DNA of 46,380 nucleotides from an uncultured Candidatus Saccharibacteria bacterium (GCA_964446535.1 CAYUOR010000004.1:1-46380); one strand, 5' to 3'; counted from the first letter of the stretch, positions 27,950 through 36,860 are shown. Notes: a model not told the origin generated them from the sequence alone. A program made the numbers and translations.

Positions 27950-29320
27950 GTGAAAATTAGACTCCACAACACCTCTTCTGGAGTAGCCGAAGACTTTAAA
28001 CCGATTAAACCCGGTTCGGCATCTCTCTATCATTGTGGTCCGACCGTTTATAACTATGCCCACATAGGCAATTTGCGCTCCTATGTTTTCGCCGATATTT
28101 TACGGCGTACACTGGAGTATTCGGGTCTCAAGGTAAATCAAGTTATCAATATAACTGACATCGGCCACCTTACTTCCGACGCCGACACCGGGGACGACAA
28201 GATGGTTAAGGGTCTTAAACGCGAGAATCTCCCGCTAAGTCTTGAAGGGCTTAGACAACTTGCCGATAAGTACGAAGCAGCCTTTAAGCATGACCTCAAG
28301 CGCCTCAACATAAAGACTCCAGAGCACTTTCCCAGAGCTACCAGCTATCTGAAAGAAGACATCGAACTCATAAAACTCTTGGCAGACAAAGGTTTTACCT
28401 ACACTCTCACAGACGGAGTTTATTTTGATACCTCTAAGGTAAAGGATTACGGAAAGCTCGGCGGACTAACCCCAGAGGGCGAGGCATCTGCTCGTCTTGA
28501 GACGAAAAAGAAGAATTCTCGAGACTTCGTACTCTGGAAACTCTCGCGGGAAAAACATCTCGGCTTCGAGAGCCCCTGGGGTAAAGGATTTCCTGGCTGG
28601 CACATAGAGTGTTCTGCCATGTCGAAAAGTTTGTTGGGTCAGCCGTTTGATATTCACACCGGCGGCATAGATCACGTCCCGATTCACCACAACAACGAAA
28701 TTGCTCAATCCGAATCAGCGTACGAGTTGCCGCTGGCAAATTTCTGGTTACACAACGAGTTTGTCACCATCGCCGACAGCAAGATGGCAAAATCCGAGGA
28801 TAATTACATAACTCTCGACACTTTAATTAAAAAAGGTTTTTCTCCCCTCTCCTACCGTTATTTTCTTCTTCTTGCCCACTATAGAACTCCAGTCAATTTT
28901 TCTTGGCAGGCACTCGAAGCTGCCGGAAACGCTTACAGAAAGTTAAAAGAATTTATGGCAACTGTACCCGAAGGAGGCAGGGTCGACGAAGAGCTGAAAC
29001 AAGAATTCTTATCCGCAATCGAAAGCGACCTCAATACACCACAAGCCCTGGCGATAGTGGCGAGAGTTATTAATAAGAATCAAAATCTGGCCGATGCGGG
29101 CGCTACCATCATTGATTTTGATAAAATTCTGGGTCTTAATTTGAAATATGATGAATCAGAAGTGCCGAAAGAGGTCGTGATGCTAAAAAAACAAAGAGAG
29201 CTTGCCCGCAAGCAGGGCGACTTTAAAGAAGCCGATAAAATAAGGCAGGAAATAAAGAAAGTAGGCTACGACGTTATAGACCACGGTGGGCACGAATCAT
29301 CTGTTCTGGAAAGTTTTTAA
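27950..29320 (+). CDS. cysS: cysteine--tRNA ligase
   Basis: YHCGPTVYNYAHIGN, DFVLWK, PGWHIECS, HTGGIDH, KMAKS. Confidence 0.97.
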   Translation: MKIRLHNTSSGVAEDFKPIKPGSASLYHCGPTVYNYAHIGNLRSYVFADILRRTLEYSGLKVNQVINITDIGHLTSDADTGDDKMVKGLKRENLPLSLEGLRQLADKYEAAFKHDLKRLNIKTPEHFPRATSYLKEDIELIKLLADKGFTYTLTDGVYFDTSKVKDYGKLGGLTPEGEASARLETKKKNSRDFVLWKLSREKHLGFESPWGKGFPGWHIECSAMSKSLLGQPFDIHTGGIDHVPIHHNNEIAQSESAYELPLANFWLHNEFVTIADSKMAKSEDNYITLDTLIKKGFSPLSYRYFLLLAHYRTPVNFSWQALEAAGNAYRKLKEFMATVPEGGRVDEELKQEFLSAIESDLNTPQALAIVARVINKNQNLADAGATIIDFDKILGLNLKYDESEVPKEVVMLKKQRELARKQGDFKEADKIRQEIKKVGYDVIDHGGHESSVLESF

Positions 29321-29397
29321 CTTTCCCCACCTTGCCCACGGTCTTTTCCACCGGTGTTTTTCTTGCGACTCGTTTATAAATTTACTACGATAAGGAT

Positions 29398-30816
29398 ATG
29401 AGAATACTCACCCTCGACGAAAAAACAAATCTGCGCATCCCACCCCACTCTCTGGAGGCGGAAGCGGCACTCCTCGGTTCTGTCATGCTTCGTCCCGACG
29501 CGATTTATGAAGTCCTGGATCTTGTTACGCCGAATTCTTTTTATTTTGAGAAGCATAAAACAATTTTTGAGACAATGCTGGAGCTTTTCGGCAAGCATCA
29601 GCCCATAGACATTCTTTCCCTCTCTTCACGCCTTAAAGAAAAAGATCTTTTAGAACGAGTCGGCGGTGCCACTTTTCTTACGGATCTATCGGGTGCCGTG
29701 CCTTCTTCAGCCAATATCAAACATTACGCCGAAATCGTGATGAAGAAATATATGATGAGACAACTCATCGAAGCCTCCGAACAACTTTCGCATCTCGGTT
29801 TTAACGAAGCCGGAGAGATGGAGGAGATTCTTGATCAGGCGGAGAAAAAAATTTTTGATATCACCGAAAGATTTTCTGGCTCGGCTCGTTTCAAAGATCT
29901 TGTTCCACTACTCCACGAAGCCTTTGATCGTTTCGAAAAACTTTCCTCCGAAGAACACAAGCTCCGTGGCGTGCCAACAGGATTTAAATCGCTCGATGAC
30001 ATTCTCGGCGGTTTTCAAAGTTCAGACCTCATCATCATCGCCGCCAGGCCATCCGTCGGTAAGACCGCATTGGCACTCGATATCGCTCGCCGTACTGCCA
30101 GTCTCCATAAGACTCCGGTCGGAATTTTCTCGCTTGAAATGAGTGCCGACCAGCTGGTGGACAGAATCGTTGCGGCGCAATCTCGCACAGACTCTTCTAT
30201 TATTAGAAAAGGTGTTCGTCCTCAGACAGGCACTTGGCGTGACGATGTTTTCAAAAATGTTCGAGATGCTTTAGATGAACTATCTCGCACCCCGATTTAT
30301 ATAGATGATCAACCCGGCAACACCATCATGAAGATGCGTTCAGCCGCAAGAAAACTAAAAATAGAGAAGGGTCTCAAACTTTTGGTCGTCGATTATCTCC
30401 AGCTTATGGCACCCTCTATCGCACGGGCGAACGACTCGTTAGTTCAGCAAGTGACGGAAGTTTCTCGCTCGCTTAAACATCTCGCCCGCGAATTAAATAT
30501 TCCCGTCGTGGCCCTTTCCCAACTTTCTCGTGCCGTTGAAACTCGTGGCGGTAAGCCGAAACTCTCCGACCTTCGTGACTCTGGCTCTATTGAACAAGAT
30601 GCGGATCTCGTAATGTTTATTCACTCGAACGAAGAAGATATTCGCGATGAAAACGGCAAGGTTAAAGATATTCAGAGAAAGGAGCTCATCATCGCCAAAC
30701 ATCGAAACGGCCCCCTGGGTATCGCCACACTCGACTATCACACTCGTTTCAACACCTTTGTCGAAATAGATTATGCCAACTACGGCAAAGCCGAAGAAGA
30801 GTTTAAGAACCTCTAA
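29398..30816 (+). CDS. dnaB: replicative DNA helicase
   Basis: PPHSLEAE, Walker A AARPSVGKT, FSLEM, VDYLQL, SQLSR, DLRDSGSIEQDAD, AKHRNGP; no intein. Confidence 0.98.
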   Translation: MRILTLDEKTNLRIPPHSLEAEAALLGSVMLRPDAIYEVLDLVTPNSFYFEKHKTIFETMLELFGKHQPIDILSLSSRLKEKDLLERVGGATFLTDLSGAVPSSANIKHYAEIVMKKYMMRQLIEASEQLSHLGFNEAGEMEEILDQAEKKIFDITERFSGSARFKDLVPLLHEAFDRFEKLSSEEHKLRGVPTGFKSLDDILGGFQSSDLIIIAARPSVGKTALALDIARRTASLHKTPVGIFSLEMSADQLVDRIVAAQSRTDSSIIRKGVRPQTGTWRDDVFKNVRDALDELSRTPIYIDDQPGNTIMKMRSAARKLKIEKGLKLLVVDYLQLMAPSIARANDSLVQQVTEVSRSLKHLARELNIPVVALSQLSRAVETRGGKPKLSDLRDSGSIEQDADLVMFIHSNEEDIRDENGKVKDIQRKELIIAKHRNGPLGIATLDYHTRFNTFVEIDYANYGKAEEEFKNL

Positions 30817-30822
30817 ATCCGA

Positions 30823-31425
30823 ATGAACGCCATCGAGAGACTTGCCGAGATTTTCTCACGCTTCCCCGGTATCGGACCAAGGCAGGCAAAGCGTTTTGTC
30901 TATTTTCTCCTGTCTAGGAATGGCGACTACTCTGGAGAACTTGTTAAAGCTATAGGCGAGCTCAAAAAAAGTACCGTCCAGTGTCAATCTTGTATGAGAT
31001 TCTTTGTTCTGGAAGGGCAGAAAACTCGTCTTTGCGATATTTGTTCCGACGAAACGAGAGAAAGGGAGACTTTAATGCTTGTGCAGAGAGATATTGATTT
31101 CGAAGCGATAGAGAGAAGCGGTGGATACAGGGGTTACTATTTTATCCTCGGTGGCGTGGTTCCGATTCTTGAGAAAGAGCCAGAAAAAAGAATAAGAGTT
31201 AAAGAGCTCGATACGCGGTTTAAAAAGGACAAAGGAATAAAAGAAGTAATTCTTGCGGTGAATGCGAATCTCGACGGCGAGAACACCGCCGACTTTATAA
31301 AAGAGCGTTATAAAAATTTACCGCTCGAATTTTCTGTTCTCGGCAGAGGCTTATCGACCGGTGCCGAACTTGAGTACGCTGACCCGGAAACCTTAAAGAG
31401 CGCCCTACTCCACCGCACTAAGTAA
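30823..31425 (+). CDS. recR: recombination mediator RecR
   Basis: FPGIGPRQAKR, CxxC...CxxC, Toprim, GAELEYAD. Confidence 0.96.
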   Translation: MNAIERLAEIFSRFPGIGPRQAKRFVYFLLSRNGDYSGELVKAIGELKKSTVQCQSCMRFFVLEGQKTRLCDICSDETRERETLMLVQRDIDFEAIERSGGYRGYYFILGGVVPILEKEPEKRIRVKELDTRFKKDKGIKEVILAVNANLDGENTADFIKERYKNLPLEFSVLGRGLSTGAELEYADPETLKSALLHRTK

Positions 31426-31840
31426 TAGAATCTACTTTTATTTCGAAATAAGGTTGTCTGTGTCCGTATTTTTTAAAATAGCGCGACTTCTGTTTGTACT
31501 TGATGACGTCGACAGTTTTATGCCGAGCAATTTTTTTTAGCGTAGCACCCACCTCTGCGTTGTCTATAAAAGGAGTACCGACATCTGCCCAGCTTTTACC
31601 GTCGTCGAGCATTAAAACTTTGTCGAAAACCAGTTTCTCCCCTTCCTGATGGTCACCGGGAAGTTTTTCTATTTTTAGAATATCCCCTTTTGATACACGG
31701 TACTGTTTCCCGCCAGTGGTGAAGACGGCAAAGATTGCCTGAGTTTTTTTGGTGGCAGGCTTTTTGGCTGTCTCGGCGGCAGGTTTAGGAGCGGAGACTT
31801 TAGCCGTCCTGGCTTTCGGTTGGGCCTTTTCTTTAACCAT
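31418..31840 (-). CDS. rplU: 50S ribosomal protein L21 with Lys/Ala/Pro-rich N-terminal extension
   Basis: FAVFTTGGKQYRVSKGD, YGHRQPY. Confidence 0.95.
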   Translation of the reverse strand: MVKEKAQPKARTAKVSAPKPAAETAKKPATKKTQAIFAVFTTGGKQYRVSKGDILKIEKLPGDHQEGEKLVFDKVLMLDDGKSWADVGTPFIDNAEVGATLKKIARHKTVDVIKYKQKSRYFKKYGHRQPYFEIKVDSIT

Positions 31841-31847
31841 AGGTTCC

Positions 31848-32900
31848 CTATTCTACTGAAGGTCGCTCTATTGTCAACGGTTCTAAATCTATACCGGAAC
31901 CGGTGATTTTTAGGACATCTTTGTCTATCTTTTTAAACTCCTTGCCGGCGGAGTTATACTTGTTGACCGCGGTCTCTAGCGCGTTACCGAGCTTGGAGTA
32001 GTGTTCTTCATAAGCAGAGAGATGTTTCTGAAGATCACCAACATTTTTGATAATACTTTTCACGGACTCTTCTATTTGCATGCCCTTCAGACCCTGTAAA
32101 ACGGTCTGGAGATAGGCCAGAAATGAGGTTGGCGAGACTATTAGGACATGGTACTTGGAGGCGGCGCGCTGAATCAGGCTTTCCGAGTCTTCCTTAAGAG
32201 CTCCAATTTTATTAATAAGCAGGTCATAGTAGATAGCCTCATGCGGAATGAACATAAAAGCGAAGTCCATAGTTCCCTCACCGGGTTTTATATACTTAGC
32301 AGTTTCGGTTATACGCATTTTAAGGTCGTTGACGAAAGCTTTTTCTAACTTTTCTCGTTCACTCGGATTTTTTTCTTCAACGATACGATTATAGTTCTCT
32401 AAAGAGAACTTTGAATCAACAGGAATAATTTTATCTTTTATAAAAACTGCCGCATCGACGATGGTGCCATCAGTAAATGTGTACTGCATTTGATAAGAAC
32501 CCGGCGGTAAAACATTTTTCAGTAAAGTTTCCAAATAATATTCGCCAAGCACTCCTCGTTGCTTCGGATTTTTTAATATCTCTTGGAGCGACTGCAACTG
32601 ATCCGCGAACGAGACCACCTGTCTGTTTGTCTCGTCGAGTTTCGTCAACCCCTGTGTCACTTCGCGAATAAGTTTTGCCGATTCGCCGAACTGCATTCTT
32701 ACCGACTCGTTCATCATCTTGTTCGTGTCGGAAAGTTTCTGATCCATACTTCGCGAGAACTCGTTGAGTTGCGTAAGAAGTAATTGTAACCCCTCCCCTT
32801 CTTTCTCCGGTTTCTTGGAAAATTTTCTGGCGAAGTAAATTAAAACTGCGGCATTAATTACGACAAGCAGTATCACAGATACTAGGACGAGGTTGGTCAT
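31848..32900 (-). CDS. rmuC: DNA recombination protein RmuC
   Basis: N-terminal TM, coiled coil, RGVLGE, VDSKF, DFAFMFIP, IVSPT. Confidence 0.93.
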   Translation of the reverse strand: MTNLVLVSVILLVVINAAVLIYFARKFSKKPEKEGEGLQLLLTQLNEFSRSMDQKLSDTNKMMNESVRMQFGESAKLIREVTQGLTKLDETNRQVVSFADQLQSLQEILKNPKQRGVLGEYYLETLLKNVLPPGSYQMQYTFTDGTIVDAAVFIKDKIIPVDSKFSLENYNRIVEEKNPSEREKLEKAFVNDLKMRITETAKYIKPGEGTMDFAFMFIPHEAIYYDLLINKIGALKEDSESLIQRAASKYHVLIVSPTSFLAYLQTVLQGLKGMQIEESVKSIIKNVGDLQKHLSAYEEHYSKLGNALETAVNKYNSAGKEFKKIDKDVLKITGSGIDLEPLTIERPSVE

Positions 32901-32907
32901 TTACTGT

Positions 32908-32915
32908 ATTATAAT
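32908..32915. promoter_or_regulatory. palindromic ATTATAAT giving a TATAAT -10 box on both strands
   Basis: Plus TATAAT 32910-32915 is 6 nt before ATG 32922; minus TATAAT 32913-32908 is 7 nt before ATG 32900. Confidence 0.75.
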
Positions 32916-32921
32916 AGATAT

Positions 32922-33389
32922 ATGTCACTACACCAAGATATTAAAAAAGCTGTAACCGAAGCCATGAAAGCTAAAGACGCTTTGCGCCTAAATGTTCTTC
33001 GTGGTTTACTCACGGCCTTCACGAACGAAGCTATTGCCAAAAAAAGAAAGCCGGACGAGGAGCTAAATGACGACGAAGCGCTCACAGTTATCTCGCGCGC
33101 CATTAAACAGAGGAAAGATTCTATAGAACAGTTTGAGAAAGGTGGGCGCTCGGACCTCGCCGATAACGAAAAAGCGGAATTAAAAATTCTAGAAACATAT
33201 CAACCGAAACAGATGACAAGAGAGGAAATTTCGACTTTTGTGAAGTCTAGACAAAAGGAACTTAGTATGACCGACTTAGGTAAGAAGAATCAATTTATGG
33301 GCACTATAATGAAGGAATTAAAGGGCAAAGCCGATGGCTCGGTCGTCAAAGAGGTTGTTGACTCCGTCTTCTCCACAGATTTTTCTTAA
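32922..33389 (+). CDS. GatB/YqeY domain protein
   Basis: AMKAKD, KQRKDSIEQFEKGGRSDLA, E...L..Y.P, MGTIMKELKGKADG. Confidence 0.93.
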   Translation: MSLHQDIKKAVTEAMKAKDALRLNVLRGLLTAFTNEAIAKKRKPDEELNDDEALTVISRAIKQRKDSIEQFEKGGRSDLADNEKAELKILETYQPKQMTREEISTFVKSRQKELSMTDLGKKNQFMGTIMKELKGKADGSVVKEVVDSVFSTDFS

Positions 33390-33459
33390 AATTTGTAGTC
33401 ATAGGTAGGTGGACGTTTTATAATATAGAAATAAATTATTAGCTTAAGAAATAACACTC

Positions 33460-35808
33460 GTGAAAAATTTTTCGGCGGCCAAAGAGGCAATTTTATCCAC
33501 CATCATCAAGAGAAACAAGTCTAAAGTTGCCTTTGATACAAAAAAAATTGCGCGCGCCGTAGAAAAAGCAATGATTGCTGCCGGAGAATTCCGAGTTGGA
33601 GCACCAGAGAGGATCACCGACGCCATCCACAAGAAGCTTGTTCTTCAAAAAGAGAATGAACCCACCTTTATACCAACGGTCGAAGGTGTTCAGGATCTGG
33701 TGGAAGCAGAATTAATGCTTCAGAAATTTCCGACAACAGCCAAAGCCTACATTCTCTATCGAGCAGAACGCTCTCGTATGCGCGCGGAGCGCGGTGACGT
33801 GCCGGAACACGTCAGAGATTTGGCGGAAGAGAGTAAAAAATATTTTAACAACAATCACCTGGGTGAATTTATTTATCTTCGCACTTATGCCAAGTGGATT
33901 GAATCCGAAGGTCGTCGCGAAACTTGGGTCGAGACAGTTAATCGTTACACAAATTTCATGAAAGAAAATCTTGGTGACAAGCTTACCGAGAAAGAATACG
34001 CCGAAGTCCGCGAAGCAATTCTCAAACAAGAAGTGATGCCGTCAATGCGTCTGATGCAATTTGCCGGTGAGCCGGTGCGAAAGTGTAACACCTGTGCGTA
34101 TAACTGCGCATTCTTGGCTCCGTCCAAACTTGGAGACTTCGCGGAGATTATGTATCTCTCAATGCAGGGGTGTGGCGTCGGTTTTTCCGTTGAAAGCCAG
34201 AACATTGAAAAACTTCCGCAGATTAAAAAGCAGACGAAAGGAAAAATTTTGACACATGTTGTCGGAGATTCTAAAGAAGGCTGGGCGGATGCCCTAACTT
34301 TAGGTCTCAAGACATGGTACGCGGGTCGTGACATAGAGTTCGACTACTCGCAGGTGCGACCAGCCGGTGCTCGGCTCAAAACCATGGGTGGAAAAGCATC
34401 GGGTCCGGAACCCCTGCGCTCACTTCTCGACTTTGCCCGCGAAAAGATTCTAAAAAGACAAGGTAGACGCCTGCGAACCATCGATGCTCACGACATAATC
34501 TGTAAAATTGGCGAATGTGTTGTCGCCGGAGGCGTGAGACGCACCGCCATGATTAGTCTTTCCGACCTTGATGACACCGAAATTCGCGATGCCAAGAAAG
34601 GCCAGTTCTTCCTAACTGACCCGCATCGCTCCGTTGCCAACAACTCTGCAGTTTACGAGACCAAACCAACGAACACCGAGCTCATGCACGAGTGGGTGGC
34701 GCTTATGGCGTCCGGCTCTGGCGAGCGAGGCATCTTTAACCGCGGCTCGATCGGCGAAACACTTCCCGAGAGACGAAAAACATATTTCAAAAAGCAGGGA
34801 TTCATCGATCGCGATGGCGTTGTCACGGGCCCCATCGGCACTAACCCATGCGGAGAAATTCTCCTGCAGTCCAAACAGTTCTGTAACCTCTCCGAAATCA
34901 TCGCCCGCGCCGGTGACACCAAGGCAGACCTCTTGCGCAAAGCGCGGGTTGCTGCCATTCTCGGCACCTATCAGTCAACCCTGACAAAATTCCGCTATAT
35001 TTCCAAAGACTGGAACAAACACTGTGAGGACGAACATCTCTTGGGTGTCTCTATCACTGGTCAGTGGGATTCTGAAGAAGCGCGAAAGCCCGAGAACATG
35101 CGCGCCATGCGCGATGCTGCAATAGAGACAAACGTAGCGTATGCCAAGCGCCTCGGCATCAAACCCTCAACTTGCGTTACAGCAGTTAAACCTTCTGGCA
35201 CGGTTTCGCAGACTTTCAATTGCTCCTCGGGAATTCACCCCCGCCACTCGAAGTATTACATCAGACGTGTGAGAATTTCTGCCACGGACTCATTATTTAA
35301 AATGCTAAAAGATCAGGGCATACCCTATCGCCCGGAAGTTGGTCAAGCCGAAGGTACGGCGACAACATATGTCTTGGAGTTCCCGATTGAAGCTCCCGGC
35401 GGTTCTGTTTTCAAAGATGATTTAACCGCTCTAGACCAACTTGAATACTGGAAGCAGGTCAAACTTAACTACACCGAACATAACCCTTCCGCAACAATCT
35501 CTGTTGGTGAGGACGAGTGGATAGGGGTTGTAGACTGGCTCCAGAGAAATTGGAATATCATTGGCGGCCTCTCGTTTCTCCCCCGTTCGGAGCATGTCTA
35601 TCGCCTAGCGCCCTATGAGACTATAGATAAGAAGCGCTACGAAGAGCTCGCAGCTAATTTCCCTAAGGTAGACTATGCCAAGCTTGTAATATACGAACGC
35701 ACCGACGATACCGACCAGAAGCGCGAAATGGCCTGTGTCGGTAATGTCTGCGAGCTTGATTCCGTTGAGCTTGCTCCAGGGACAAACCCTGTTTCAGCCC
35801 AAAGTTAG
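33460..35808 (+). CDS. nrdJ: class II (adenosylcobalamin-dependent) ribonucleotide reductase, monomeric RTPR-like, with N-terminal ATP cone
   Basis: ATP cone (IIKRNKSKVAFD, VEGVQDLVE), YNCAF, GTNPCGEI, VKPSGT, C-terminal CVGNVC. Confidence 0.9.
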   Translation: MKNFSAAKEAILSTIIKRNKSKVAFDTKKIARAVEKAMIAAGEFRVGAPERITDAIHKKLVLQKENEPTFIPTVEGVQDLVEAELMLQKFPTTAKAYILYRAERSRMRAERGDVPEHVRDLAEESKKYFNNNHLGEFIYLRTYAKWIESEGRRETWVETVNRYTNFMKENLGDKLTEKEYAEVREAILKQEVMPSMRLMQFAGEPVRKCNTCAYNCAFLAPSKLGDFAEIMYLSMQGCGVGFSVESQNIEKLPQIKKQTKGKILTHVVGDSKEGWADALTLGLKTWYAGRDIEFDYSQVRPAGARLKTMGGKASGPEPLRSLLDFAREKILKRQGRRLRTIDAHDIICKIGECVVAGGVRRTAMISLSDLDDTEIRDAKKGQFFLTDPHRSVANNSAVYETKPTNTELMHEWVALMASGSGERGIFNRGSIGETLPERRKTYFKKQGFIDRDGVVTGPIGTNPCGEILLQSKQFCNLSEIIARAGDTKADLLRKARVAAILGTYQSTLTKFRYISKDWNKHCEDEHLLGVSITGQWDSEEARKPENMRAMRDAAIETNVAYAKRLGIKPSTCVTAVKPSGTVSQTFNCSSGIHPRHSKYYIRRVRISATDSLFKMLKDQGIPYRPEVGQAEGTATTYVLEFPIEAPGGSVFKDDLTALDQLEYWKQVKLNYTEHNPSATISVGEDEWIGVVDWLQRNWNIIGGLSFLPRSEHVYRLAPYETIDKKRYEELAANFPKVDYAKLVIYERTDDTDQKREMACVGNVCELDSVELAPGTNPVSAQS

Positions 35809-35810
35809 GC

Positions 35811-36059
35811 CTAAATCGCCCCCTCTTTCCTTAAAATACGCCTTTTAGCGGCCCCTCCGCCTCTAAAGCCACCCGTATCGCCATTCGAGCGAATAACTCT
35901 GTGGCACGGCACTTTTGGGTCGTAATTCTGGTTTAAAATATTCCCTACTGCTCTGAAAGCTCTGGGACTCCCGGCACGTCTTGCCACCTCTTTGTAAGTT
36001 AGGGTCTTACCCTTCGGAATCTTTGCCACCACAGAGTAAACTTTTTCTTTAAACGTCAT
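35811..36059 (-). CDS. MGMT-family protein (single domain)
   Basis: IPKGKTLTY, RAVG, PCHRV, LRKEG; 82 aa. Confidence 0.92.
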   Translation of the reverse strand: MTFKEKVYSVVAKIPKGKTLTYKEVARRAGSPRAFRAVGNILNQNYDPKVPCHRVIRSNGDTGGFRGGGAAKRRILRKEGAI

Positions 36060-36083
36060 TCACATATATTACACAATTCTTGT

Positions 36084-36120
36084 AAAAGAAAAGACCCCCG
36101 AGCAGTGCTTGAGGGGTCTT
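36084..36120 (-). terminator. intrinsic terminator on the minus strand
   Basis: AAGACCCC(TC)AAGC-ACT-GCTCGGGGGTCTT hairpin followed by TTCTTTT. Confidence 0.8.
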
Positions 36121-36610
36121 GAACGAGCGAGAAACTAGCTAAGCGATCAGGGAGTGGGTTATTCCACAAAAATTTTGTTCGACTGGTTTTAAGGCCTGCC
36201 GATCTAGTTTTTGGGGAGGTTCCCCAACACCCTGATGCTTTGCACCCGTTGGCTACTGTTTTCAGTACCCAAAGATATCCCTTTTACCGTTGACACTTGA
36301 ATATATGTCTTCGGATCCCAGGATGGGACATCAACTCATCTAGCCTTCTGGTGGCCTTGACCTATCGCGACGTGTCCTCTAGTCGCGACCCAGGGGCATT
36401 TGCCAGTATGGGAACCTTCTTGGATTTGGAAGTGTACCCCACAAAGACAATTTTTTGATGAGCCAATGATACGTAGGACTGCTCGTGCTTGGAGTCTCTT
36501 TCGAAACCCGTTGAAGGAGATCGCTCTCCAATAGTTCTTGGTATTTAAACCAGAAGCAAGGTATTCCTCCTCGCTCCTAACTATTACAGTCTTTAGTACC
36601 CAGATCTAAC
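36084..36610 (-). ncRNA. candidate large structured non-coding RNA, family unknown
   Basis: Bounded by a promoter (36643-36616) and terminator (36120-36084); no ATG-initiated ORF of 60 aa or more; at least 10 helices including GCGA and GAAA tetraloops and a 12-bp long-range helix with G-U pairs on this strand. Confidence 0.65.
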
Positions 36611-36615
36611 AGAAG

Positions 36616-36643
36616 AGTTTATCAGGATGATTTTTTATGTCAA
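36616..36643 (-). promoter_or_regulatory. sigma70 promoter TTGACA-16-TGnTAAACT
   Basis: TTGACA 36643-36638, TAAACT 36621-36616. Confidence 0.75.
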
Positions 36644-36723
36644 TTGACTTTTATCGTTTTTGTGGACTATTTTGTGTATAAAATGTTGATAAAGTAATCT
36701 TTTTTCGTTATTCTTTTCCGAAC

Positions 36724-36795
36724 GGCCCTATCGTCTATCGGCTAGGACGGAGCCTTCTCAAGGCTCAAAGCGGGGTTCGATTCCCCGTAGGGTCA
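36724..36795 (+). tRNA. tRNA-Glu (anticodon CUC), CCA not encoded
   Basis: Acceptor GGCCCTA/TAGGGTC, anticodon arm GAGCC-TTCTCAA-GGCTC, T loop GGTTCGATTCC. Confidence 0.97.
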
Positions 36796-36820
36796 TGGCA
36801 ACAAGAATTTTATAAAAGAA

Positions 36821-36842
36821 AAGGCGAACCGTAGTTCGCCTT
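36821..36842. terminator. intrinsic terminator between tRNA-Glu and the convergent gene
   Basis: 9-bp stem AAGGCGAAC / GTTCGCCTT with a CGTA loop; A-run upstream gives a U-tract on the minus strand. Confidence 0.8.
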
Positions 36843-36860
36843 CTATTAGTGTTATTGAGA

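Noticed and set aside
33390-33459. NrdR boxes upstream of the RNR gene
   Set aside because: No convincing match to the acaCwAtATaTwGtg palindrome by eye.
29398-35808. Inteins or introns in dnaB and nrdJ (also gyrB)
   Set aside because: Protein lengths and motif spacing are ordinary; no splice-junction or LAGLIDADG signatures.
36338-36605. 87-codon open frame (VLKTVIVRSEEEYLASG...HQKAR*) on minus within the ncRNA candidate
   Set aside because: No ATG/GTG/TTG at its 5' end. The AGGAGG nearby leads to TTG-CTT-CTG-GTT-TAA (4 codons). The other two frames are also open for about 60 codons, so stop scarcity looks compositional. Not fully excluded.
36084-36610. Assignment of the structured RNA to RNase P, tmRNA, or a group I or II intron
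   Set aside because: GAGGAAUACC and GGCUAGAUGAG only loosely echo RNase P, and there is no P4 partner or CR-V. There are no tRNA-like ends or T-loop for tmRNA. There is no GACUA/UAGUC P7 pair, GUGCG start or domain V, and no interrupted host gene. A covariance-model search is still needed.
36638-36720. Replication origin at the DnaA-box-like triplet (or at 43810-43850)
   Set aside because: Only three boxes at each site, no dnaA/dnaN adjacent, and flanking gene orientation is broadly convergent rather than divergent.
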